From Chiloscyllium plagiosum (lineage: Eukaryota): 64,000 bases of DNA. The notes beneath the pieces were generated by a model. It was given only the letters and a program-made list of their open reading frames with translations, was not told where the DNA came from and made no database searches. The stretch spans positions 11,749,609 through 11,813,608 of the forward strand of contig NC_057754.1 of the NCBI RefSeq assembly GCF_004010195.1, in the 5' to 3' direction. Positions 48,438 through 61,300 of this stretch are shown piece after piece (the stretch's first letter is position 1; each line of letters opens with the position of its first letter). Position numbers and translations under genes: made by a program.

Positions 48438-50934
48438 ATAATAATCAGCCACCACGTCGAATTGAAAATTCAGAATCCACAGAACAAAAATAGAGACCTG
48501 GTCTAAACAGGGAACTACAAATAATCAATTTTATGTGGACAATAGTTTGTTTTATTTTGTGGAACTTTGAATATTTGTGAATATCAGTGACAAAACAGTT
48601 TCTCACACAACTGTGCAGTCCACAGAGTTGAAGGAAAACAGTTCCTTGCACGGAAACAATTGACTGCAGTCCACGGAACCATAAAAAAATCTCACCGTAA
48701 AAGACAGACACAACGTCCCACAATTGAATAAATAAACAAACTGATTTTGCATCCCTAATTACTTGGAGAGTGTGGTGCTGAGCTGCTTTCCTGACCTACA
48801 GAGTTGAAGGAAAACAGTTCCTTGCACGGAAACAATTGACTGCAGTCCACGGTACCATAAAAAAATCTCACCGTAAAAGACAGACACAGAACTGGCCACT
48901 CACAATCCAGAGGAACAAAGAAAAACACAGCTTCACATTAACTAATAATCATTCATCATTCAAAAGATCAAAAAACCCTTCACGAAGATAGAACTGACCT
49001 CGCTGTCCACTGGAGATTAAATAAAACAACACTGTACAGCAAGGATGGCCACCATCTACACCACAGAGGTCAGGATTGTGACGAGATAATCACCACTTAC
49101 TTGAATGAAAGCAGTTCCAAAAAACAACTCATCAAGCTTGATGTCATCCAAAAAAAAGCAACCCCATTCGTGGCATATCAGTCATCAAATTCAACTTTCA
49201 CTCACTTCACAACTGGTACACAGTGGCAGCAAGTGTGCACCATCTACAAGGTGTAGCAATTCAACAAGGGTCTTTCAGCAGCACTTTACACACCCGCAGA
49301 TACTACACCCTGAAAGGAAAAGGGCAGCAGATGTATGGCATCACCAGCATTTCCAAGCTTCCCTCCAAGTCATGCTCCATTATGCCAGTACTGTGGCTGT
49401 CCCGGTATCGAAAGGATTGATGTAGGTCAGGAAAGCAGCTCAGCACCACACTCTCCAAGTAATTAGGGATGCAAAATCAGTTTGTTTATTTATTCAATTG
49501 TGGGACGTTGGTGTCACTGACTGGACCAGCATTTACCTCTCTTTCCTATTTCTCCTTGAGAATGTGGTGTTGCGCTGCCTCCTTGAAAAGCTGCAGACCA
49601 AGTGAGACATCATGGAGATTGATAAAAACTGAATAGTTTCCTGAACCATTTCAGAGGGCAGGTGAGATTCAACTACATTGCTATGAGCTGGAGCCACATG
49701 TAGGCCTGACCAGGTGAGGATGGCAGAATTCCTTCCTTCCGTCTTTGTGAGCCACATGCGGGTTTCTGATGATTGACATTGATTTTGTGTTTATCAGTAG
49801 ATTGTTAATTCAATATTTTATTGTTTTTACAGAATTCAAATTCTGTCATCTGCCATAGCAGAATGGAAAACAGAGACCTGTCAACATTAGTTTCTGGATT
49901 AATCTTCTAGCAACAATACGCCTAGGCCATCACCTCCTCTGGAGGATGGCCTATCCAACAATATCCACAGCGCATCAATGAATAAAATAAAAACCTCACC
50001 GAGAATATCAATTCCCCTGAAATGCACTGAAACCTCCACTGAACCTACGGTCTCATCTCGTTTTGTGTCATTAATATTAATTTTGTTCCATTCATCTAAA
50101 ACATCGATATACATTGTGAATAACTGAAATCAATTGCACTTAATAATTACAACTTGCCAAACAGAATATTACTCAGTGTAGACAATTGCAGTGAGTATTT
50201 CTGGTACTGGACGAAGATTTAGAAATATGTATTTTGGAAGGGGTTGGCATAAGATACAGGGACAGGAATAATATTAGGGTGGAGGTGGTTACAGCGATAG
50301 GGAAGATTGTACGTTTGTGAGGAGGCAGCAAGTATGGGAAGGACTGGACAATTTACAGAGATAAGGAAAAGTAACAGAGCTAAGCAGTGTTGTAAGGGAT
50401 TGAGGTGGTTACAGCTTGGGATAGACATTGTATTTTTTTTCCTGCTTCTTCAGCGATTAAGAAGTTTACAGACAGGGAGATAAGGAAGGAATGACGCAAT
50501 TTACACTATTAGTGAGAACGTTGTGGAGATAGGACTGGTTTATAAGTACAGAAAGAGTTGCCTGGGAGGAGTATTAGGGAGAATGTGAGGACTAGACACC
50601 GGCAAATTCACACAGAAGACTGCACATAATGAAGGAAATTGCACAGACAGGAAGGTTTCTAGGGTCTGAAATAATTTACAGTTCTAGGAAGGTTGATATG
50701 GATCTAACATAGGAGGGTTGTATCTAATGGAGGAGGTTACACTGATATTGATTTTGTAATGACTGAAAATTTACGGTGATAGGGAGGGTGGTTACAAATT
50801 TCAGGAAAACTGTCGGCGGGGAGGAGGTTACTGAGATAGGACAAGTTTTCAAGGCTGGTGGAGATGACAAAGATAGAATGGGAAGTAATGACTGGAGCAG
50901 ATCAGATGCAACAAGGTCTTTACTCTTAGATGCT

Positions 50935-51990
50935 TGGAGTAATATCCCTTCTATATAATGGCGACAAAAACTGCAGAGAAAACACCAAGTATGGCCTCAC
51001 CAACATGTTGGACTGCTGCAAGAAGACATTCCATTCGGATACCCAGTACTCTCATGGATGCAGGCAGGCATGCCAAAAGCCTCCTTCACTGCATTGTCTA
51101 CCTGTGTCTCCATTTACAAGGACCTGTACCGTGAGATCGCTTGGTTCTAAAACATTGCCCAGGGCCCTACCATTGACTGTGTAAGTTCTACCCTGGTTTG
51201 CTTTCCAAAAAAATGCCACTTTGTGCATTTATCCGAATCAAACTTCATCTGCCATTTCTCAGCCCACTAGCCCAGTTGATCTAGATCTTGCTGTATTCCC
51301 AGAAAACATTCCTCTCCCTCCACTATACCACGAATCGTGATGTCATCGACAAACATACTAACCATACCCCCGAAATTTCATCCATATCATTTACGTAAAT
51401 GACGAATAACAGTGGACCCAGCACAAATCCCATGACACACCGCTGGTCATACCTGAAAAACAACCATCTACCACCACCACCCTGTCTACCATTATCCAGC
51501 CAATTTTGTATCCAGTTGGCTAGTTTTCCCTGGATCCTGCGAAATTTAATCTTAGTTAACAATCTATCATGCAGTATGGTGTCAAAGGAGTTGCTGAAGC
51601 CCATGTAACGAATGTTTACTGCACTAACCTTATCTGCTCGCTTGGTCACCCCTTCAAAAAACTCAATCAAATTTGTGAGATACGATTTCCCAAGCACAAA
51701 GCCATACTAACTATCGCCAGTTTGCCTCCCCAAATTCCTTTAGGTCCGATCTCTCAGAATCCAATAATGACTTACCCACCAAGGCTATTAGGTTCATCAG
51801 TCTGTAGCTCCCAGATATTTGCAGCCTTTCTTAAATAATGGCACATGAAGTAGCCACTTTCCAATCTTTAGTTAGGTAACCCGTGATTATCGATGATACA
51901 AATATCTCTATCAGCAACACCACAATTGCCACCCTAGATACCCTTCATTAGCTCGCAAGGATTTATCTACCTTAATGTGCTTTAAGACTT
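50935..51990 (-). mobile_element. Old CR1 RT fragment
   Basis: GKSYLTNLIEFFEGVTK...LANWIQNWL...VLGPLLFVIYVNDMDE. Confidence 0.88.
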
Positions 51991-52171
51991 ACCACATGGA
52001 GCTAGATAAGCTGGAGTGCATATGCAGAAAACAAATGTTGCATGAGTTGGAGATTAAGCAAAAAGGGCTATTGCAGGGGCTGGACGTGGTCAGAGGTAGA
52101 GTGAATTTCAGAGATAGTAACATGGGAGTGTGATCAGGCTGATGGTTCTCACACAAAATAGAAATAGTGCA

Positions 52172-55100
52172 CAGGGAGAAAGTGAGGACTGCAAATGATC
52201 GAGATCATAGCCTCAAAGTGTAGCATCTGAGGAGCAAGAGAACCGACGTTTCGGGCATTAATCTTTAACCTGGAACGTGTGGGAGGGGGTCGGAATGGTT
52301 GCTGACAGATTAACAGGATATGGTGGGGCTGGGGGTAAGGTAGCTGGGAAGCCAATAGGTAGATGGAAGTGCGGAGTGATGGTGATAGGTTGGAGCGTTG
52401 GGTGGGACAGATAGTTGAGAAGCAAGTTGGACAGATGGGACAATTCAAGAGGGTAGTGCTGAGTTGGAGGGTTGTGTCTGGGAAGAGGTAGTGGTGAAGA
52501 GAAATGAGGAAACTGGTGAAATCGATATTGATGTTGTGTGGTTGGAGGTGTTCAACCAGACAAGGTGGAAGATGAGATGTTCATCCTTCAGGTGTTGGGT
52601 GGCCAGGCCTTGGTGATGGAGAGAGGTCCAGGACTTGCCTGACCTTGGGCTGGGGAGTTGAAGGGGTCGGCCAAAGAGTGTTGGAACGTTTTGGTACAAG
52701 TGTGCCAGAGATGTTCCCTGAAACGTTTCGCGAGTTGGCGTCCTCTCTCCCCAATGTAGAGGAGACCGCATCTACAATAATGGAGACATTAGAGAAGTTG
52801 TTCGGTTGTACATAAAAATCTCTGCCACATGTGAAAAGATAATTTGGGTACTTGGATGGAGGTGATGGGGACTGCGCAGGCACAGGTTTAAAACTTCTTG
52901 CAGAGGCAAGGGACGGGGTTGGGGGTACAGGGTGTCTTGTTGGAAGGCGTAGACCTAATGAGGGAGCTGAACAGTGAATGGTATCTGCGCAATGCAGATA
53001 TTGGGTGGGGAGGGAAATATATCTTTGGTGGTGGGGTCTCAGTGTAGATGGCGGAAACGGTGGAGGATGATGCGTTGTTTCTGGATATTAGTGTGTTGGA
53101 AGATGACGACCAGTGGAGTTCTACCATTGTTGTGGTTGGAGGGGTGGCACTCATGTTTGCAGGTGCGGGAAGTGGAAGAGATGTACTGAATGGCATTGTT
53201 GACCACTGGCAGGGGAAATTGACGTCCATGAAATAGGAGGTCACCTGGGATCTTCTGGAGTCGAATTGCTCCTCCTGGGACCAGATGCGGCTGAGGCAGA
53301 GGAATTGGGAATGCAGGATAGAGTTTTTAAAGGAGTGGGGGAGGGGAAAGTGTAGTCCAGGTAGCTGTGGGAGTCAGGGGGTTTGAAGTAGATGTCCGTG
53401 TGGAATTGGTCGCTGGAAATGGAAACGGAGAGATCTAGGAAAGGGAGGGATGTGACGGAAATTGTCCAGGTGTACTTGACATCAGTGTGGAAGGCAGTCG
53501 TGAAGTTGATGAACGCTCAACTTACGCGTAGGAGCACGAGGTGGCGCTGATACAATCATTAATATAACGTTGGAAAAAGTGAGACATCATTCCCCTGTAG
53601 TTGTGGAAGTTAGATTGTTCCACGTATTTGACAAAGAGGCAGGCATACCTAGGGGCCATGCGGGTGCCCATGGTTAACCTTTGGCCTGAAGGAAGTGGAA
53701 GGATTAGAAGGAGAAATTGTTGGTAGTGAGGACCAGTTCAGCCAACCAAACGAATATGTTGATGGAGGAGTACTGGCTAGGTCAGCGGGAGAAATAGAAA
53801 CAGAAGTGTTTTTAGGCCTTCGCCATGGCGAATAGATGTGCATAGGGACTGGATGTCCATGGTGAAGATAGGACATTGGGGACTGGACAATCGAAAGTCA
53901 TGAAGCAGGTGGAGGGTGTGGGTGGTATCCCGAATGTATGCAGTGAGATCCTGGAACAAGGGGGCAGGACGGCGTCAAGATGTGAGGCGATAAGTTCAGT
54001 GGGGCAGGCTGAGATGATATCTCGTCTCGGGCAGTCAAATTTGTAAAGTTTGGATAAGCAGTATAACCAGGCGGCAAGAGGTTCCCAGACTGCGGTTTGA
54101 GGCTATTGGTGGGAGATCCTTTGAAGTAATGAGTTTATGGATCATCTGGGAGATGATGGTATGGTGATGGGAGGCGAGGTCGCTGTCGCGGGGGCAGTAG
54201 GACGAGGTGTCTGTAGGTTGGCGTCTGGCTTCTACGTTGTCGAGTTCATTGTGCCAAACTACCACTGCACATCCCCTGTCTGACGGTTTAACGGTGAGGT
54301 TTGAGTTGCAGTAGAGAGGGTGAAGGCTGCACATTGTGAGGGTAAGAGGTTGGCATGCGTGAGAGGCCTGGACAGGTTGAAGTGGTCAATGTCACCGTGG
54401 CAGTTGGAGATGAAGAAATCGAGGGTGAGTAACAGACCGGCATGGAGTGTACAAATAGATGAGGAACGTTGTATAAAAGAGAACGTGTCCTTGAAGGGTG
54501 TGTGGGAGCCCTGATGGAAAACGTCAGCATGGAGTTGAAAGCAGATGTAAAGGCGTCTGTGGAATTCATTATCCTGAGATTGTAGTAGGGTGAAGGTGAG
54601 ACATTTACTGATGACTGATCGTTCATCCTCAGTAAGGAGGAGGTCGGGGAGGGGAATGTGAAAAATACAACAGAGCTGGAGGTTTGGATCTCGTGCAGAG
54701 CTGGAGTTGGGAATGGGAACGAAAACTGTCTCTGGAGTGGGTATGGTGGCGGGAACATTGGTGACGTCACTAAAGGAAGTGACGCAGGCCGTGGTGGTCA
54801 GGGGAAGAAATTATGTTGCGTGAGACGTTCGTGGTGTCTTTATGGAGAGCTGCATGTTTGTCAGCGGTGTTCCGATGAGAGCAGTAGGTGGGGCAGACTT
54901 GGCTGCTGCGGTGGAAACCTCAGGGGTGGAAGCAATGTGAAAGGTAGCCTTCATGCTGGTTTTGGCAGCACTGATTCTCGCAGGGATTGTTGAGGCAGTG
55001 GTTTTGATGGCGATGGCGCGGGTAGTGGTCCTGGTGGTGAACGCAGAGGCAAGGATTCTGGCAGCGATTTCTGAGGCAGTACTCCTGGCAGTAATCGTGG

Positions 55101-56225
55101 AGGTGGTCATTCTGGCAGTTATCATGGAGGCAGTTGTTCTAGCCGTTACTGCTGAGTGATGTTTCTGGTGTAGATCACAGAGGCAGTGCTCCTGGCAGTA
55201 AAAGCAGAGGCGGTGTGTCAGGAGTGATCGCAGAGGCAGTGGTCCTGGATTGTGGAAGCAGTGGCTCTGCTGGTGATCGCTGAGGATGTCGTTCTGGCAT
55301 TGATCACGAATGCAATGGTTCTGGCAGTGATTGTGGAGACTGTAGTCCTGCTGATGAATGTGGAGGTGGCAGTGATTCTGCTGGTGATCACGGAGATGGT
55401 CATTTTGGTGGTGATTGTGGAGGCAATGATTGCAGTTCTGCTGATGAACACAGAGGCACTGGACCTGGAAGTGATCGTGGTGATGGGGGTTCTGGTGGAG
55501 ATCATGGAGATGGTGACTCTGGTGGTGATCGTGCAGACGGTTGTCCTGGTGATGATCACGGAGGTGGTTGTTCTGACAATAATTGTGGATTTGCTGTTTC
55601 TGGCGGTTTTGTGGCGATTGAGTAGTTGGTGTTGGCTGCGGTCTGTGTAGCGGTGGGGGTGAAAGTGACATCATCATTTGTCCCGGTGGTTGTGGCTGTC
55701 ACTGCCCCGTGTCTGATGGTGTCTGAGTGGTTCCAGGGACCGGAGAAGACTCTGGAATAAGCATGGAGTGGCGAGTTTTGAAGTAAGTATGTGAGAGTTT
55801 GGTCTAATTACGTTCCTTTGCTGAATGTATGGATTCTTGTCAGGATGAAGATCAGCAAAGGTCCTGTGCAGGTCAGGGAGAGTGTGTGCCTGAGCTGGGG
55901 TGGAGCATGGCTGCAAGGACGGAGTGTAGGATTCAGAGGGACAGTCGTTTCTGGAGGGATTGGATTTGTTGTAGGTAGTGGTTCTCCTTGTCAGGTTCAT
56001 ATTGTCTGACTGTGGTCTGGAGCCCATGTGGGATCAATCAGCTCCATAGGCAGGCACTGAGGGAGGAAATTCAGCTTTAGTAGCGCGTCTGTTTCAGGAC
56101 GTGACTGAAGAGCTTCAGGGCAGAGGAGACGACCTGTGGGTGCAGTGAGATAGAGACTAACTGAGGTCCTTGTGGAAAGAGGAGGAAATTTTTTTCAAGG
56201 TGGCATCCTTTGCGAGGCTTTGCAG
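52172..56225 (-). mobile_element. Near full-length Penelope-like element (Neptune-like), pseudogenised
   Basis: In minus-strand order: N-terminal domain (SSALKLFSHVLKQTRY...LIPHGL), 27-bp repeat, LTEDERSVISKCLTF, VKPSDRGCAVVVW, YIRDTTH, FTMDIQSLCTSI, decayed GV.MGT.MAP, GIY-YIG (CGLLYIGE-like), then terminal repeat at 52172-52275. Confidence 0.9.
54940..55605 (-). repeat. 27-bp tandem repeat inside the Penelope ORF, about 24 copies
   Basis: Minus-strand unit approximately cagaaccactgcctccacgatcactgc. It translates as 9-aa repeats TTASTITAR or QNHCLHDHC depending on frame. Confidence 0.9.
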
Positions 56226-56227
56226 TT

Positions 56228-57030
56228 AGGAGAAAGTGAGGACTGCAGATACTGGAGTTCAGAGTCTAAATGTGTGGAGCTGAAAAAAACACAACAGGAC
56301 AGGCAGCATCCGAGGAGTAGGGGAATCGATGTTAGAGGTATAAGCTCTTCATCAGGAATGTGGGGTTGACGGAGGCTTGGAGATAAATAGGAAGGTGGGA
56401 AGGTGCTTGGGGAAGATAGCTGGGATTGTAATAGATAGACAGAGGTGGGGGTAATGCTGATACATCAGAGGGGAGAGTGGAGCAGATAGTTGGGAAGTAA
56501 ATGGATAGGTAGAACAGTTTAAGATGGAAATATATCTCTGGTGTGGGGTTTAGCTGTAGGTTACAGAAATGGCAGTGGATGATGCATTGTATCCAGAGAT
56601 CAGTGGCATGGAATCTGAGGACCAGAGCGGTTCTATACTTATTGAGGCTGAAGGGGTGGGGTTCAGTGGTAGAGGGTGGGAAGTAGAGGAGATACGCAGG
56701 AGCACATTGCTGATCACGCGGGAGGGAAATTGTGGTCCTTTAATTAGGAGAACATCTAGAATGTTCTGGACTAGACTTCGTCCCCCTGGGAGTAGAGAGG
56801 CCGGAGCTGGACGAATTGGGAGTAAGGGATAGGTTTTTAAAGGCTATAGGTATGTGGTGGGAGGTGGTGTAGTCCAGATAGCTGCAGGAGTCAATGGGTT
56901 TGAAGTACATGTCCGTGTAGATTCGACTGCCGGAAATGGAGATACAGAAGTCCAGGAAGGCAGAGGATGTGAGAGTTTGCCATGTGTCAATTGTGTTTAG
57001 TGAGGAATGTCTGCTGGGTGCTGTCCTGTC
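56228..57030 (-). mobile_element. Upstream partial Penelope copy (pseudo-LTR), internally deleted
   Basis: Terminal repeat at 56228-56360 directly precedes the ORF start of the long copy. RT thumb FLD.CISISG.R..TD.Y.KP.DS.SYLDYT.SH at 56740-57000. Confidence 0.85.
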
Positions 57031-57039
57031 AGATTCCCA

Positions 57040-58340
57040 GTAGCGCAACAGGCCAGGCAGCATCCGAGAAGCAGGAGAATCGATGCTTCGGGCATAAGCC
57101 CTTCTTCAGGAATGGGGCTGGTGTGCCAAGTGGACTGAGATAAAAGGTGGTGGGGGAAATTTGGGGGACGGGCGCTGGGAATACGATAGGTGGAAGAAGG
57201 TGAGGGTGAGGGTGATAGGCCGGAGAGGGGGAGGGGCGGAGAGGTCGGGAAGAAGATTGCAGGTCAAGTGGGCGGTGCTGAATCCAGGGATTGGGACTGA
57301 GATAAGGTAGGGGTGGGGAAATGAGGAAGCTGGAGAAATCTACATTCATCCCGTGTGGTTGGAGGGTTCCTCGGTGGAAGATAGGGCGCTCTTCCTCCAG
57401 GCATCGTGTGGCCAGGGACTGGCGATGGACGAGACCAAGGACCTGCATGTCCTTGGTGGAGTGGGATGGGGAGTTAAAGTGTTCAGCCACGGGGCGGTTG
57501 GGTTGGTTGGTGCGGGTGTCCCAGAGGTGTTCCCTGAAATGTTCTGCAAGCAGGCGGCCTGTCTCCCAATGTAGAGGAGACCACATCGGGTGCAGCGGAT
57601 ACAGTAAATGATGTGTTTGGAGGTGCAGGTGAATTTGCAACGAATATGGGAGGATCCATTGGGGCCTTGGAGGGTGGTCAGAGGGAGGTGTGGGCTTCGG
57701 TTTTGCAGTTCTTGTGGTTGCAGGGGAAGGTGCCGGGAGTGGAGTTTGGGTTGGTGGGGGGTGTGGACCTGATGAGGGAGACGTAGTCTCACCAGAACGC
57801 TGATAGGGGTGGGGAGGGAAATATATCCCTGGTGGTGGGGTCTGTTTGGAGGTGGCAGAAGTGGCGGCGGGTGATACGATGTACTCGGAGGTTGGTGGGG
57901 TGAAAGGTGAGGACCATTGGTTCCTATCCTGGTGGCGATTGGAGGGGCGGGGTTCAAGGGCGGAGGTGCAGGAAGTGGAGGATATGCGGTGGAGAGCATT
58001 GTTAATGACGTCGGAGAGGAAGTGGCAGTCTTTGAAGAAGGAGGCCATTTGGGCTGTTCAGTAGTGGAATTGGTCCTCCTGGGAGCAGATGCGGCGGAAG
58101 CGAAGGAATTGGGAATATGGGATGACGTTTTTACAGGGGGCAGGATGGGAGGAGGTGTAATCTAGGTAGCTGTGGGAGTTGGTTGGTTTGTAGTAAATGT
58201 CTGTATTGAGTCGGTCGCCCGAGGTAGAAATAGAGAGGTCTGGGAAGGGGAGGGAGGAGTCTGAGACGGTCCAGGTAAATTTGAGGTCGGGGTGGAAGGT
58301 GTTAGTAAAGTGGATGAACTGTTCAACATCCTCGTGGGAG
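57040..58340 (-). mobile_element. Younger 5'-truncated Penelope copy (RT C-terminus and GIY-YIG)
   Basis: FHPDLKFT, TDIYYKPTNSHSYLDYTSSHP..CK..IPYSQFLRFRRICS; FTCTSKHIIYCIRCTRCGLLYIG; FREHL, PVAEHFN, GTLQPHGMN. Hammerhead variant with GAAG at about 57077-57112. Confidence 0.93.
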
Positions 58341-58344
58341 AGGA

Positions 58345-61300
58345 GTAGAGTAGAGTAGAGCTTTGGCTTTCGTTCTTTCAATGAAATACTCTGGACGTCC
58401 TAATCCATTGAGTAGAGCTTTTGACATTCAATCAATGATACATACTACACGCATTCATTCCGTGATACCGACTGCACGTGTTATTTCAATGAGTAGTGCT
58501 TCTCTCATTTATTCAGAGTCCCGAGCTTAACACTTCCATTCATTGGAACAATGAGCATATTCATTCAATCATTCTTCAATCATTTATTCAATGAATCAAG
58601 CGTTATACATTCATTCAATGATATAAACTTAATGCATTTGTTTAGTGAATCGAACTGTACTCAGTCCTTCAATCGAACTGCACACATTCGTACAATCTTA
58701 CACACTACACGTGCTAATCCAATCAGTATAGCTTTTGCTATTCATTTAATATACATTCGTGCTACCATATAAACTTAACGCAGATTTTTTAGTGATTCCA
58801 ACTGCACTTATTCCCTCAATGAATCAAACTGCACACATTCATTCAATGTAACACACTGCACTTGCTAATCCAATGAGCATAGCTTTGGCTCTTCATTTAA
58901 TGAACCACATTGAACACATTCATTCAATGACACAAACTGCATGCATTGATTGAATGAAACAGATTGCATGTGTCATTTCAATGAGTAGTGCTTCCCTCAT
59001 TTATTCAGAGTCCCGAGCTTAACACTTTAATTCAATGAAACAATGAGCATATTCAATCAATCATTGAATCAACCTTCAATCATTGATTCAATGAGTCAAA
59101 CGTTATACATTCAAGCAATTATACAAACTTAACGCAGATTTGTTAGTGATTCCAACTGTATTCATTTCTTCAATGAATCAAACTGCACACATTCATTCAA
59201 TGTAACACACTACACGTGCTAATCCAACGAGTAGAGGTTTTCCTATTCATTTAATGAATCACATTGAAAGCATTCATTCAACGACACAAACTGCATGCAT
59301 TCATTGAATGAAACAGACTGCACATGTTAATTCAATGCCCCGAGCATAACGCTTACATTCAATGAAACAACGTGCATTCATTCAATCATTGAATCAAACT
59401 TCAATTATTTATTCAATGAATCAAACGTTATTCATCGATTCAATGAAAGATACTCATTTATTTAGTGAAACCAACTGCATTCATTCTTTCAATGAATCTA
59501 ATTGCACTCATTCATTCAATGAAACACACTTCACGTGTTAATTCCATGAGTATAGTTGCTCTCAATCATTCAATGTTTCAAGCTTATTCAGTGAGCAAAC
59601 TGCATTCATTCATTCCATGAATCAAACTGCACACATTCTTACAATGTAACACACTGCACGTGCTAAACCAATGAGTAGAGCTTTGGCTATTCATTTAATG
59701 AAACAAATTGCAATTATTAATTAAATAAGTAGAGCTTACCTCATTAGTCAGTGGATTCAGCTTCACGCATTGAATCAATGAAACAAAGTGCATTCAATGA
59801 GACACATGGTAATTCAATGATAGGAGCTTCTCTCATTTATTCAATGTTTCGAGCTTAACGCCTTTCATTCAATGAAACAAACTGCATTCATTCAATCATT
59901 GAATTCGACTTCAATCATTGAATTAGTGAATCAAACGGTATTCAGTGATTCAATTAAATAAACTGTTAGAAAATGGCTATGAATCCAATAGCACTCATTC
60001 ATTCAATGAATCAAACTGCACACATTCATTAATGTGACACACTGCACGCGCTAATCCAATGAGTAGAGCTTTGGCTTTCGTTCTTTCAATGAAATACTCT
60101 GGACGTCCTAATCCATTGAGTAGAGCTTTTGACATTCAATCAATGATACATACTACAGGCATTCATTCCGTGATACCGACTGCACGTGTTATTTCAATGA
60201 GTAGTGCTTCTCTCATTTATTCAGAGTCCCGAGCTTAACACTTCCATTCATTGAAACAATGAGCATATTCATTCAATCATTCTTCAATCATTTATTCAAT
60301 GAATCAAACGTTATACATTCATTCAATGATATAAACTTAATGCATTTGTTTAGTGAATCGAACTGTACTCAGTCCTTCAATCGAACTGCACACATTCGTA
60401 CAATCTTACACACTACACGTGCTAATCCAATCAGTATAGCTTTTGCTATTCATTTAATGAACCACATTGAACGCACTCATTCAGAGAAACAAACTGCATG
60501 GATTCATTGAAAGAAACAGACTGCACATGTTAATTCAATGTCCCGAGCATAGATCTTTCATTCAATGAATCAAACTGCATTCGTTTAATCATTGACGTCA
60601 AAGTTCAATCATTGATTCAATGAAACAAACTTAGCTCATTTTTTTTAGTGAAACAAACTGCACTCATTCATTCAATGAAATACACTGCACGTGCTCATCC
60701 AATGAGTAGAACTTTTGCAATTCATTCAATGAATCAAACTGCACACATTCATTCAATGTAACACACTGCACTTGCTAATCCAATGAGCATAGCTTTGGCT
60801 CTTCATTTAATGAACCACATTGAACGCATTCATTCAATGACACAAACTGCATGCATTGATTGAATGAAACAGATTGCATGTGTCATTTCAATGAGTAGTG
60901 CTTCCCTCATTTATTCAGAGTCCCGAGCTTAACACTTTAATTCAATGAAACAATGAGCATATTCAATCAATCATTGAATCAACCTTCAATCATTGATTCA
61001 ATGAATCAAAAGTTATACATTCGTGCTACCATATAAACTTAACGCAGATTTTTTAGTGATTCCAACTGCACTTATTCCCTCAATGAATCAAACTGCACAC
61101 ATTCATTCAATGTAACACACTACACGTGCTAATCCAACGAGTAGAGGTTTTCCTATTCATTTAATGAATCGCATTGAATGCATTCATTCAACGACACAAA
61201 CTGCATGCATTCATTGAATGAAACAGACTGCACATGTTAATTCAATGTCCCGAGCATAACACTTACATTCAATGAAACAACGTGCATTAAATTCCACTGC

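Noticed and set aside
54811..55677. 288-aa His/Gln/Cys-rich ORF as a stand-alone metal-binding protein (and the antisense hydrophobic ORFs as membrane proteins)
   Set aside because: These are translations of a 27-bp tandem repeat inside a Penelope element. The ORF switches repeat register midway and has no independent gene structure.
58551..60510. Duplicated MSIFIQSFFNHLFNES ORFs as a gene pair
   Set aside because: They are chance ORFs in two copies of a satellite block.
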